32,000 nt of DNA, taken from Archaeoglobus fulgidus DSM 4304 (GTDB lineage: Archaea; Halobacteriota; Archaeoglobi; Archaeoglobales; Archaeoglobaceae). Every line of letters starts with the position of its first letter. Position 1 is the first letter of the stretch. Of this stretch, positions 16,135 to 25,452 are shown piece by piece. Under the pieces are notes generated by a model. That model was not told the origin of the DNA. It searched no databases and saw only the letters and a program-made list of their open reading frames with translations. Made by a program: the position numbers and the translations under genes. Location: NCBI RefSeq assembly GCF_000008665.1, contig NC_000917.1, positions 480,001 to 512,000 of the forward strand, in the 5' to 3' direction.

Positions 16135-17061
16135 TTACCTCCTCTTTCTTCTCTCGGCCAGAGCCCTGACCTCAAGAACAGGTTCGATGGCTGTAGCCTC
16201 TTCCGCCCATGTCAGGTCTGCCCTTATGTGAGGGGCCGACCACTTCACTTTGTAGCCGAGATGAAGCGCAATCCTTTCCCTCAGCGGTGAGTTTACGAGG
16301 TTCGGAGTATCTTCCCACAGCACCTGATGGTAGGTGAAGTACTTAGCAATGAAGTGGGACATCTTCGTGTTGGGGATATAGGCAACAAGCAGGGAAAGCA
16401 GGGCTGTGTGGAGGGCAACTGCAGCCGGCAGCTCGCCTGTAGGAGTGAATGTAATCAGCGAGACGGCAAAGGCTTTGGCATGCTGGAACTCCATGTCAGC
16501 CCTCATTGCGAGTAGGCCGGTAACAGCTACGGCAAGTATGAAAAGCAGGTTGAAGTAATCCACCGGCGAGCTGTAGGTTCTGAGCTTTCTGTCTATCGCC
16601 CTGTTGAGCAGCAACGCAGTTGTGCCGAAAATCAGAAGTGTGACGCCGATACCGAAGACGATGGACGCAGCATTTGTTAGATCTAAGCCCACGCACAATA
16701 CTTCAAAAGCTGCAGAAGCGAAAATGAGGGCAAACCAGAGAAGCATGAGGTAAATACCGGCGTGGAAGGGGAAGGTTAAGAACCACAGGCGGCGGTTGTA
16801 CTCGAAAGCCCTCTTAATGAAGAGCATCTCCAGCAGCATTTCCTTAAGCTCCCCGGCAAAGGATGTTTCCCTCGGTTTCTTCCACCATTCGGTCTCCTCG
16901 TAGTAGCTTCCTCCGTACTTCGCCCTGTACTTTTCATGCGGGACGGGATACAGCTCCCATCTGAGATGCAGTGGCATCGACAGATACTTCAGAAACTTCA
17001 CCGATACAACTAAAAAGAAAACTGCAATCCCAAAGTAAGCAATTGCTTGCACCCAAATCAT
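16135..17061 (-). CDS. DsrM/NarI-like integral membrane cytochrome b-type subunit
   Basis: The 308-aa ORF has multiple TM helices. Its N-terminal motif 'LHLRWELYPVPHE' and conserved His residues in helices ('FPFHAGIY') match the NarG-gamma/DsrM family. It is the first gene of the minus-strand M-K-K operon, and a GGAGGTGG RBS precedes it. Confidence 0.7.
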   Translation of the reverse strand: MIWVQAIAYFGIAVFFLVVSVKFLKYLSMPLHLRWELYPVPHEKYRAKYGGSYYEETEWWKKPRETSFAGELKEMLLEMLFIKRAFEYNRRLWFLTFPFHAGIYLMLLWFALIFASAAFEVLCVGLDLTNAASIVFGIGVTLLIFGTTALLLNRAIDRKLRTYSSPVDYFNLLFILAVAVTGLLAMRADMEFQHAKAFAVSLITFTPTGELPAAVALHTALLSLLVAYIPNTKMSHFIAKYFTYHQVLWEDTPNLVNSPLRERIALHLGYKVKWSAPHIRADLTWAEEATAIEPVLEVRALAERRKRR

Positions 17062-17419
17062 TGCACCACCTCCTTATCGTCAATAAATCTCTCTCTTTTG
17101 AATTATTTAAAATTTTCTCAAGTTTTTAATAATTAAGATAAAAAATTTAATTTTTATTTTTTATATACATGCAATAGCTAATAGTCTAAAAAGGTCAAAT
17201 CAAATGTTTGCAATTTCAATATCGGTTTAAAAGGTATGAGATAGAGACTTAAGGCGAAAAAAACAGCAATTTAGGTTATGAGCTATAAAAAACGAAAATT
17301 TAATAATTTAAAGTCTATTAATGCTTTTTTTAAATTATTATTATGCTAAAGATGAATCTTATCTTTGGAAAACTTTATAAGTGGGACAGAGAAAAAAATG
17401 CGTTGGAGGTGAAAAAGCC
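17062..17419. promoter_or_regulatory. 358-bp AT-rich divergent control region between the two DsrMK-like operons
   Basis: No ORFs are present. It contains a TATA-like AAAACTTTATAAG at 17369-17381, about 43 nt before the ATG at 17420, which has a GGAGGTG RBS at 17405-17411. Several A/T tracts and a TTAGGTTA half-site (17270-17277) are also present. Confidence 0.5.
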
Positions 17420-18115
17420 ATGGCTGGAGAATTAGCATGGTTTATTGCGAACATTCTGCCCTACATAACGCTGGCAGTGATGACACTGGCCCTCGTTTAC
17501 AATTTTGTGAAATGGCTGGTTATGCCGAGGCCTGTAGTGTGGGCAATATTTCCAGCAAAGCATAACACCGTTGAAATATTGCTCGGACTGGTGAAGAAGA
17601 TTTTCGTCCTGCCGGGGCCGAGAAAGGTTGACATCTCCATCTGGATTCTGGCGATGCTCTTCCACATCGGTCTGATTGTGAGCCTTAGCTTACACGCCAA
17701 GTACATATTCGTTCCATCGCTTGGGCCTATGGAGTACTACCTCGGTGCGGCTGCCGGCGTTGCTGCCGCAATTGGAACGATAGGTTTCTTCATCAGGAGA
17801 ATTGAAATGCACAAGACGAAGGTCGATTCAACCTTTGCGGACTACTTTGCACTGATACTGCTCATGGCCACCCTTACTCTCGGTGCCTACCTCAGAATTG
17901 GCGGAATCATGGACCACGAGCACATGTGGATGTGGGTTAGAGGAATTCTGACCCTCTCCCCAGTGGACCCGCCAACGCACCCACTTTTCCTTGTGCACAT
18001 AACCTTGGCGCAGATTTACATGATGTACCTGCCGTTCAAGACGCTCATACATCCGATAGCGATATTCTTCGGTCAGAAGGTGATTCTGGACGAGAGGCAC
18101 ATTTACCCGAGGTGA
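17420..18115 (+). CDS. NarI/DsrM/HdrE-like membrane cytochrome b-type subunit (short form)
   Basis: The protein is 232 aa from the ATG at 17420 and has 5-6 predicted TM helices. His residues sit in helices ('AMLFHIGLIV', 'LHAKY', 'LFLVHITLAQ'). It lies immediately upstream of a DsrK/HdrD-like gene. Confidence 0.7.
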   Translation: MAGELAWFIANILPYITLAVMTLALVYNFVKWLVMPRPVVWAIFPAKHNTVEILLGLVKKIFVLPGPRKVDISIWILAMLFHIGLIVSLSLHAKYIFVPSLGPMEYYLGAAAGVAAAIGTIGFFIRRIEMHKTKVDSTFADYFALILLMATLTLGAYLRIGGIMDHEHMWMWVRGILTLSPVDPPTHPLFLVHITLAQIYMMYLPFKTLIHPIAIFFGQKVILDERHIYPR

Positions 18116-18120
18116 TATGA

Positions 18121-19554
18121 ATGGTTGAGGAGAAAGTTGTTGAGAAGGGAAAGGAAAGGGCTGTTGAGGTAACCAAATGGAGAAGAGTTTTTGACGATTA
18201 CCGCGCAATGTCTGATGAAATTCTTCGCCCTGACGAGCCAAAGAAGGAGAAGTTTCTGGAAGCGATGAGAAAGTATTTGACCAAACAGAACTGGCCCTTC
18301 CTCCTGCCATACAAGCTAACGCTCGAAGCATGCACGAAGTGCGGTACCTGTGCAGAGGCCTGCACAATGTATCTCGGCAGCGGAAGGAAGAAGATTTACA
18401 GTCCCGTTTACAGGTCGGACATGCTGAGGAAGATATACAAGAAGCACTTCACCCTCACCGGAAAGCTCTTCGGGCCATTAATTGGCGCCAAAGACCCGAC
18501 TGAGGATGACATAAATGCCCTTGCGGAGTCAGCCTACCGCTGCACAGTCTGCAGGAGGTGTGCCCTCGCCTGTCCCTTTGGTCTGGACAACGGGCTGATT
18601 ACAAGAGAGACAAGAAAGATTTTCGCCGACCTCGGAATTGTTCCAGACGAGCTAAAGGACAATGGTGTTGAAAACCAGCTCAAGTACGGAAATGCTCCGA
18701 AGATTCCCTACGAGGCGTTTATGGACATCCTTGAGTTCATAAAGGAAGACATTGAGGATGAAAAGGGCGTGGAGGTAGAAATTCCCGTTGACAAGAAGGG
18801 AGCGAAGTATCTCATAATGAACAACGCAGGTGATTACCTCGCTTTCACTGAGACAGTTCAGGGAATTGTGGAGATAATGAACTACGTTGGGGAGGACTGG
18901 ACTCTAAACTCTCCAAAAACGGGTGTCAACGACATTGTCAATTACGGTCTGTTCTACAGCGACGAAGATTTGGTCAGAGTGATGAAGGCCCACGTTGAGA
19001 CTGCAAAGAAGCTGGATGTTGAATATCTGGTCGTTGGAGAGTGCGGGCACGCATACGACTCCATTGCCCACTTTGCCAAAGACCTAATCCCACCGGAAGA
19101 GAGACCATTCAAGGTCATAAGCTGGATGGAGCTTCTTGACCAGTTTATAAGGGAAGGCAAATTGAAACTTGACAAGGAGAAGAACCCTGAGCCCGTAACC
19201 TTCCACGACTCTTGCAAGTGGGGAAGAACTGGTGGGATTTACGAGGAGCCAAGGAGAATACTGCAGGCAGCCTGCAAGGACTTCAGAGAGATGTACCCGA
19301 ACAGAGAGTGGAACTACTGCTGCGGTGGTGGCGGTGGATTCGCCATCATGGCCAAGGACGACTTCCTGAAGTTCAGAATGGAGACCTACGGCAAGATGAA
19401 GGTTCAGCAGCTCAAGCAGACTGGTGCAAAAATAATAGCAACAATCTGCTCCAACTGCAAGGCGCAGTTCAGAGAGATGATAAACTACTACAACCTCGAC
19501 ATGCGCTTCTCCGGAGTTAGCGAACTCGTTGCCAACGCCTTGGTTTACGAGTAA
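18121..19554 (+). CDS. DsrK/HdrD-like iron-sulfur (CCG-domain) oxidoreductase, paralogue C
   Basis: The motifs are 'CTKCGTCAEAC', 'CTVCRRCALACP', 'HDSCK', 'NYCCGGGGG' and 'CSNCK'. The start lies 5 nt after the membrane-subunit stop. Confidence 0.8.
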   Translation: MVEEKVVEKGKERAVEVTKWRRVFDDYRAMSDEILRPDEPKKEKFLEAMRKYLTKQNWPFLLPYKLTLEACTKCGTCAEACTMYLGSGRKKIYSPVYRSDMLRKIYKKHFTLTGKLFGPLIGAKDPTEDDINALAESAYRCTVCRRCALACPFGLDNGLITRETRKIFADLGIVPDELKDNGVENQLKYGNAPKIPYEAFMDILEFIKEDIEDEKGVEVEIPVDKKGAKYLIMNNAGDYLAFTETVQGIVEIMNYVGEDWTLNSPKTGVNDIVNYGLFYSDEDLVRVMKAHVETAKKLDVEYLVVGECGHAYDSIAHFAKDLIPPEERPFKVISWMELLDQFIREGKLKLDKEKNPEPVTFHDSCKWGRTGGIYEEPRRILQAACKDFREMYPNREWNYCCGGGGGFAIMAKDDFLKFRMETYGKMKVQQLKQTGAKIIATICSNCKAQFREMINYYNLDMRFSGVSELVANALVYE

Positions 19555-19582
19555 ACTTTTTTCTTTTTTAATTGCTTAGAAA

Positions 19583-19591
19583 AATTTATTA
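19583..19591 (+). promoter_or_regulatory. TATA box (AATTTATTA) for thrS; probably a leaderless transcript
   Basis: Its centre (~19587) is about 27 nt before the ATG at 19614. Confidence 0.4.
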
Positions 19592-19613
19592 CTCCTCCAT
19601 TTGTCGCTTTTTC

Positions 19614-21473
19614 ATGAAGCTTCTGCTGATTCACGCTGATTACATGGAGTATGAGGTGAAGAAGAAAACGAAGCTTGCGGAACCTTTTGATGGCAAAGGT
19701 GAGAGGGTTGAGGAAGTTCTCGTTGCTTTCACCTCTGTGGAGAAGGGCGATGACGAGAACGTTGTTAGGAAGGCCGCTGAAGCCATAAGAGAGGTGGCCG
19801 AGAAGGTCAACGCTGAGAGGATAATGATTTATCCTTACGCCCACCTCTCGTCAAATCTTGCCGATGCTGAGACTGCCGTTAAGCTGCTGAAGCAGCTTGA
19901 AGCTGAGCTTTCAGACTTCGAGGTTCATCGCTCCCCCTTCGGATGGTATAAAGCCTTCAGGATTTCATGCAAGGGTCATCCGCTGAGCGAGCTTTCGAGA
20001 GAGATTGGAGGAGAAGCTGAAGCTGAGGTAACTCAGGCGCTGAAGGATGAGGAGGAGAAGGTTGTAAGCTACTGGTATATCCTCACCCCTGAAAAGGAGC
20101 TCGTTGAGGTGGAGAAGTTCGACTTCACGGGCTATGAGAAGCTGAGAAAGTTCGTCAACTACGAGATTGCCAAGAGGAGGGCTGTTGATGTCACTCCTCC
20201 GCATGTGGAGTACATGAGAAGGCTTGAGCTCGCAGATTATGAGCCAGCGAGCGATTCGGGGCACATCAGATACTATCCCAAGGGCAGGCTGGTGAAAACG
20301 CTCCTTGAGCAGTTCATAACGAGAAAGTGCATTGACTATGGCGCCATGGAGGTTGAAACTCCCATCATGTACGACCGCAACCACCCCACGCTGAGGAGGT
20401 ACCTCGAAAGATTCCCTGCAAGGCAGTACATCATCAAGGGGGACAAGAGGGAGTTCTTTTTGAGGTTCGCTGCATGCTTCGGTCAGTTTCTGATGCTCTC
20501 CAGCTCGACCATAACCTACCGCAATCTCCCCCTGAAAATCTACGAGCTTACCCGCTACTCCTTCAGGAAGGAGCAGAGGGGAGAGCTTGTTGGATTAAGG
20601 AGGCTCAGAGCCTTTACGATGCCCGATATGCACACAGTGGCAAAGGACATGGAGCAGGCGAAGGAGGAGTTCTTCAACCAGTACCGCCTGTCGGTGGAGG
20701 TTCTGAGGGAGATTGGGCTTGAGCCTGAGGACTACGAGGTGGCGGTTAGAATAACCAAGGACTTCTATGAGGAAAACAGGGAGTTCGTGCACAGCCTCGT
20801 TGACATTCTGAAGAAGCCCATTCTCATCGAAATGTGGGACCACCGCTTCTTCTACTTCGTCCTCAAATTCGAGTTCAACTTTGTGGATGCGCTCGACAAA
20901 GCCTCTGCCCTCTCAACGGTGCAGATTGATGTGGAAAATGCCGAGAGATACGGCATTACCTTTGTAGATTCCGACGGGAAGGAAAAGCACCCCTACATTC
21001 TGCACTGCTCTGTCAGCGGAGCGGTGGAGAGGGTGATGTATGCACTGCTTGAGAAGGCAAAGTTCATGCTTGATGAAGGAAGGCTGCCAATGCTTCCAGT
21101 GTGGCTCAGCCCCACTCAGGTTAGGGTTATTCCCGTTAGCGAGAGGTTTGTCGATGCGGCCATTAAGATTGCCGATGATATCGCCAGAAACGGAATAAGA
21201 GTGGACGTTGACGACAGGAACGAAACGCTGGGCAAGAAGATTAGGGATGCGCAGACCGAGTGGATTCCATACATTGCAGTTGTCGGAGAGAAGGAAATTG
21301 AGAGCGGGAAGCTTGCAGTCACCGTAAGGGCTGAGTCAACGCAGAAGGAGCAGAAGAGAGTGGAGATGAGTGCAGAGGAGCTTGCTGAGAGAGTCAGGTC
21401 GGAGTGCGAGGGCAAGCCCTTTATGCCCCTTCCCTTACCAAAGTTGCTCTCTCTAAGACCCTCATTCAGGTGA
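19614..21473 (+). CDS. thrS: threonyl-tRNA synthetase, archaeal type with an N-terminal editing domain
   Basis: The N-terminus '[19 protein letters not shown]' matches the archaeal DTD-like editing domain. The class II core motifs include '[24 protein letters not shown]'. An anticodon-binding domain lies at the C-terminus. Confidence 0.9.
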
Positions 21474-21478
21474 GAAAG

Positions 21479-21802
21479 ATGGCCAAGGAGAAGAAGAGAA
21501 AGGAAAGGGAAGAGAAGCCTGAAGCACCAAAGGAGGAAGAGTACAATCTGGCCAAGGAGATGAAGAAAACTCTTACCCCGATACTTATGGGAGTTGTTGC
21601 TGGCATTCTTTCCTTCCTCGCAACGGGCGAGTTCAGGCAGAGGGATGCCTTCGGCATCATAATCCTCGTTTTCCTCATCTACGTGCAGAAGTTCATCCTG
21701 CCAAAAATGGGGATTGAGCTTGAGGGAAAGGACTGGGCTGGGATTGCTTTCCTGACCTTCTCAAGCTGGTACATAAGCTGGACGATTATGCTGAACCTGT
21801 GA
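21479..21802 (+). CDS. hypothetical small membrane protein (Lys/Glu-rich N-terminus, 3 predicted TM helices)
   Basis: The ATG at 21479 ('MAKEKKRKEREEKPE...') lies just after the thrS stop. Hydrophobic segments are 'ILMGVVAGILSFLA', 'FGIIILVFLIYV' and 'AGIAFLTFSSWYISWTIML'. The 3' end overlaps convergent mtaD by 17 nt. Confidence 0.55.
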   Translation: MAKEKKRKEREEKPEAPKEEEYNLAKEMKKTLTPILMGVVAGILSFLATGEFRQRDAFGIIILVFLIYVQKFILPKMGIELEGKDWAGIAFLTFSSWYISWTIMLNL

Positions 21803-23054
21803 GCCTTTTTGCAACTTCATTGGCCTTTTCTATTATTTTGAGCTCCTCCTCCTCGCTCCTGAACACCCCGCCCTCAACCACCACCTCTCCTTTCACTATT
21901 ACAGTGTCAACGCAGCCTGAGGAGGCAGCATATACAAGATTGGCGATGAGGCTGTGCTCTGGCTGCATGTAGGGCTTTGCTAAGTCCACCAGAACAATAT
22001 CGGCCTCGTAGCCCTCCTTTATTACTCCAGACTTTATGCCAAAAGCCTTTGCCCCGTTAAGCGTTGCAGCCTCGAAAACCTCCTCCGCTTTTAGCAGAGT
22101 TGGGTTGCTGTGGTGGAATTTCTGCAGCAAAGCGGCGAACTTCATCTCCTCCAGCATGTCGAGGTTGTTGTTGCTTGCCGCACCATCTGTGGCAAGGGTG
22201 AAGTTAACTCCAGCCCTCTTCATTGCCTCATACCTTATCGCTTTACCGACGCAAAGCTTCATGTTGCTCGCAGGGCAGTGGGCAACGCTCACCCCCTTCT
22301 TCGCCAGAATTTCAATTTCGGCATCCTCCAGCCAGACGCTGTGGGCAGCGATAAGCCTCTTGCTCAAGAATCCAATTTCATCCAGAGCCTGAACGATCAG
22401 CTTCCCGTGCTGCTTTTTAAAGTCTAAAACCTCCTTTTCCGTCTCTGCCAGATGGAAGTGCATGAAGATGTCCATCTCCTCCGCTATCTCAGCAGCCCTC
22501 CTCAACCCGTCAAGGCTCACAGTGTAGACAGCATGAGGGCCTATCGCTCTAAGCACATCGTACTTCTCAATCTCCCTCAGGCTTTTCACCGCATTCTTCA
22601 GGTTCAACTCCAGCAAATCGGGATTGAAGAAGTCGAAGAAAGCTGCAGAAACGCATGCCCTTATTCCGCACTCCTCAGCCGCCCTTGCAATAGCTTCGGG
22701 GAAAAAGTACATGTCGTTGAAAAACACCGTCCCGCTCTTCAGCATCTCAACGCATGCAAGCTTCGTTCCCCAGTAAACTGCTTTATCATCCAGTTTTGCC
22801 TCCAAAGGCCATATTTTCTTCTCCAGCCACTCGTGAAGCTGCATGTCGTCAGCGTAGCTCCTGAAGAGAGTCATTGCAGCGTGGGTGTGGGTGTTGAAGA
22901 AGCCGGGAATAACAGCTTTCCTGCTGCCGTCAATGACGACATCGCTCTTCACAGCCTTACCGCCTATTTCGGAAATCTTTTTCCCTTCAACCTTCAGATT
23001 TCCCTCCACAATTCCCTTGGGAGTCAAAATCTTGGCATTCTTGATGAGAATCAT
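21786..23054 (-). CDS. mtaD: amidohydrolase of the 5'-methylthioadenosine/S-adenosylhomocysteine deaminase family
   Basis: The sequence 'GFFNTHTHAAMTLFRSYADDMQLHEWLEKKIWPLEAKL' matches the MtaD/TM0936-type motif. The metal ligands HxH, 'HFHLAET' and 'TDGAASNN' are present. Confidence 0.8.
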   Translation of the reverse strand: MILIKNAKILTPKGIVEGNLKVEGKKISEIGGKAVKSDVVIDGSRKAVIPGFFNTHTHAAMTLFRSYADDMQLHEWLEKKIWPLEAKLDDKAVYWGTKLACVEMLKSGTVFFNDMYFFPEAIARAAEECGIRACVSAAFFDFFNPDLLELNLKNAVKSLREIEKYDVLRAIGPHAVYTVSLDGLRRAAEIAEEMDIFMHFHLAETEKEVLDFKKQHGKLIVQALDEIGFLSKRLIAAHSVWLEDAEIEILAKKGVSVAHCPASNMKLCVGKAIRYEAMKRAGVNFTLATDGAASNNNLDMLEEMKFAALLQKFHHSNPTLLKAEEVFEAATLNGAKAFGIKSGVIKEGYEADIVLVDLAKPYMQPEHSLIANLVYAASSGCVDTVIVKGEVVVEGGVFRSEEEELKIIEKANEVAKRLTGSA

Positions 23055-23126
23055 TGGCCATTATCCTGACTGCTGGGATAAAATTCTTTTGTCCTCTTTA
23101 TTACTGCCATGAATTTAACACTGACC

Positions 23127-23140
23127 AAAAATTATTAATA
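23127..23140 (+). promoter_or_regulatory. TATA-like box (AAAAATTATTAATA) for the ThrC-like operon
   Basis: Its centre is about 27 nt before the ATG at 23163, consistent with a leaderless first gene. Confidence 0.4.
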
Positions 23141-23162
23141 CTCATAGCATCTTAACAACGTT

Positions 23163-24377
23163 ATGTATCTGGTAGCGTTGAAGTGCAGGATATGTGGAAC
23201 GGAATACCCGCCCGAACCCCTTTACCACTGCAGCCTCTGCTTCGGGCCGCTGGAAGCCGTTTACGATTACGAGGGGATAAAGGAGAGCGTGAGTAAAGAG
23301 GAGATTTCGAAGAGAGTGCAGAGCGTATGGAGATACAGGGAGTTTTTACCCACCAACCATGATCCCGTTGACCTCGGAGCAGGATTTACGAGATTCATAC
23401 ACGCAAAGAACCTTGGAGAGTGTCTGGGACTAAAGAACCTCTACCTGCTGGACGATTCGACCAATCCAACCTACTCCTTCAAGGACAGAGTCGTGAGCGT
23501 TGCAGTAACCAAGGCGCTGGAGTTCGGGATGGATGTTGTTGGATGCGCCTCTACCGGAAACCTCGCCGGAAGCTTGGCAGCGCACGCCGCTAAGGCTGGA
23601 CTGAAAGCTTTCATATTCGTTCCTGCTGGTATAGAGAAGAACAAAATCGTTCAGGCTCTCGTGCATGGAGCTACGGTTGTTGAGGTAAATGGAACCTATG
23701 ACGACGCCAACAGGCTCGCTGCGGAAATAGCGGAGAAGAACAGGAACTGGGGATTCGTGAACATCAACCTCCGCCCCTACTATGTGGAGGGAAGCAAAAC
23801 CCTTGCCTTTGAAGCTGCGGAGAGGCTTGGATGGGAGGCCCCATCTCAGGTGGTGGTGCCCGTCGCATCTGGAGCGCTGCTTTACTCGATTTACAGAGGT
23901 TTCAAAGAGCTTGAGACAGTTGGACTTATCGATTCGGCTGAAGTTGCTTTCAACGCCGCCCAGCCTGAGGGATTTCCGGTAGCGAGGGCTGTGAAGGAGA
24001 GAAGACAGGTTGAGCCAATAGAGAGGTTCAGCACGATAGTCCACAGCCTCGCCATAGGGAATCCAGCGGACGGAATCTTTGCAAAGGAGGTTGTGGAGAG
24101 AAGCGGCGGTTACGCTGAAGACCCGAGCGACGCTGAGGTTATCGAGGCTGTCAAGCTCCTCGCGAGGACTGAGGGGATTTTCACCGAGCTTGCTGGAGGT
24201 GTGACAGTTGCTGCTCTAATAAGGCTGGTTGAGGACGGCAGAATTGACAGAGACGAGAAGGTTGTGGCGTATCTCACAGGAAACGGGCTTAAAACAGCTG
24301 AAGCTGTGGCAGAGACTCTGAGCACCGTAAAGATAGATGCCAGAGTAGAAGAGTTTGAGAAGGTCTTGGGGAGGTGA
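23163..24377 (+). CDS. threonine synthase-like PLP enzyme (ThrC paralogue or family member) with an N-terminal Cys4 ribbon
   Basis: The PLP-lysine motif 'NPTYSFKDR', 'CASTGNLAGSLAAHAAKAG' and a C-terminal 'TGNGLK' are present. The N-terminus is 'CRICGTEY...CSLCFGPLE'. The gene is translationally coupled to the downstream MoaD/ThiS-like gene. Confidence 0.85.
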   Translation: MYLVALKCRICGTEYPPEPLYHCSLCFGPLEAVYDYEGIKESVSKEEISKRVQSVWRYREFLPTNHDPVDLGAGFTRFIHAKNLGECLGLKNLYLLDDSTNPTYSFKDRVVSVAVTKALEFGMDVVGCASTGNLAGSLAAHAAKAGLKAFIFVPAGIEKNKIVQALVHGATVVEVNGTYDDANRLAAEIAEKNRNWGFVNINLRPYYVEGSKTLAFEAAERLGWEAPSQVVVPVASGALLYSIYRGFKELETVGLIDSAEVAFNAAQPEGFPVARAVKERRQVEPIERFSTIVHSLAIGNPADGIFAKEVVERSGGYAEDPSDAEVIEAVKLLARTEGIFTELAGGVTVAALIRLVEDGRIDRDEKVVAYLTGNGLKTAEAVAETLSTVKIDARVEEFEKVLGR

Positions 24378-24381
24378 AGGG

Positions 24382-24648
24382 ATGGCGATAAAGGTCAGGC
24401 TTCCAGCATCGATAAATCAGGGAGATCTGGAAATTGATGCGGAGAAGCTTACGGTAAACCAGCTAATAGCTCTGCTTTCTCAGATTACCGGCAAAGACCT
24501 CGAAAAAATTCTGAAGAGGGACGGTGAGCTTTCACCCTTCATCAGCATCTTTGTCAATGGCAGGAATGTGAGGTATGCTGAGGGGCTCGAAACTGAGGTA
24601 AGAAGCGGGGACGAGGTTTCAATCGTTCCGACGGTGGCTGGTGGTTAA
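24382..24648 (+). CDS. MoaD/ThiS-family beta-grasp sulfur-carrier (ubiquitin-like) protein ending in Gly-Gly
   Basis: The 88-aa protein ends '...GDEVSIVPTVAGG' followed directly by the stop. The RBS GGGGAGGTGA spans the thrC-like stop. The size and the 'FVNGRNV' / 'GDEVSIVP' pattern are typical of MoaD and ThiS. Confidence 0.8.
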   Translation: MAIKVRLPASINQGDLEIDAEKLTVNQLIALLSQITGKDLEKILKRDGELSPFISIFVNGRNVRYAEGLETEVRSGDEVSIVPTVAGG

Positions 24649-25452
24649 ATGCTGAACAAGGAGCAGGTAAAGCGCTACGGAAGACAGATTCTGATTCCAG
24701 AAATTGGTGGAAGAGGTCAGGAAAAGCTTCTGAAGGCGAAAGTGCTTGTTGTGGGAGCAGGTGGGCTCGGAAGCCCCGCAATAGAGTTTCTCGCAGCTGC
24801 CGGAGTTGGCAGGATTGGCATCGCTGATGGAGATGAGGTGGACATAACGAATCTCCACCGCCAGACCATTCACGCAGGAAATCTTGGCGTAAACAAGGCT
24901 GAATCGGCAGCGAGCTTCGTTGAGAAACTCAATCCTGATGTGGAGGTTGATGTGTATCCCTTCCACCTTTCTGCAGAGAATGCGAGAGAGGTGATATCGA
25001 AATACGACGTCGTGCTGGACTGCACCGACAGCTTCAGTTCGAGGTTCCTGATAAACGACGCATGCGTTCTGGAAAGTAAGCCTTTCGTGCACGCTGCCGT
25101 GCTGAGATTTGAAGGGCAGATTATGACAGTTATCCCCCACGAAACTGCCTGCTACCGCTGCTTTCTGCCCGAAGCTCCTCCGCCCGGCAGCGTTCCGAGC
25201 TGCAGGGAGGCGGGGATAATAGGGACGACCACAGCATTTTTTGGAGTTCTTCAGGCCAACGAGGCGATTAAGCTCATTCTTGGCACAGGTGAGCTTTTCA
25301 CCAACAGGCTTCTCTACGCCGACATCCTCCACAACGATTTTAACTTCATTGAGGTAAAGAAGCAGGAGAAGTGCAGGGTGTGTGGTGAGAGTGGGATTGA
25401 GGAGCTGAGGAGTGATTACTATGTCGAGACGTGCAGAATCGAGGCAGATTGA
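24649..25452 (+). CDS. ThiF/MoeB/UbaA-family E1-like adenylyltransferase, paralogue 2
   Basis: The motifs are 'YGRQILIPEIG', 'VVGAGGLGSP', CYRC and CRVC zinc motifs, and the crossover-loop Cys in 'PSCREAGIIG'. Its ATG follows the carrier-protein TAA with zero spacer. There is no rhodanese domain. Confidence 0.85.
   Translation: MLNKEQVKRYGRQILIPEIGGRGQEKLLKAKVLVVGAGGLGSPAIEFLAAAGVGRIGIADGDEVDITNLHRQTIHAGNLGVNKAESAASFVEKLNPDVEVDVYPFHLSAENAREVISKYDVVLDCTDSFSSRFLINDACVLESKPFVHAAVLRFEGQIMTVIPHETACYRCFLPEAPPPGSVPSCREAGIIGTTTAFFGVLQANEAIKLILGTGELFTNRLLYADILHNDFNFIEVKKQEKCRVCGESGIEELRSDYYVETCRIEAD

Noticed and set aside
23163-24377. Calling this gene simply thrC (housekeeping threonine synthase)
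   Set aside because: This is not fully rejected, because the sequence is ThrC-family and could make threonine. However, the tight translational coupling to a GG-carrier, an E1 and TusA is not expected for housekeeping thrC. I therefore left the symbol blank and flagged it for testing.
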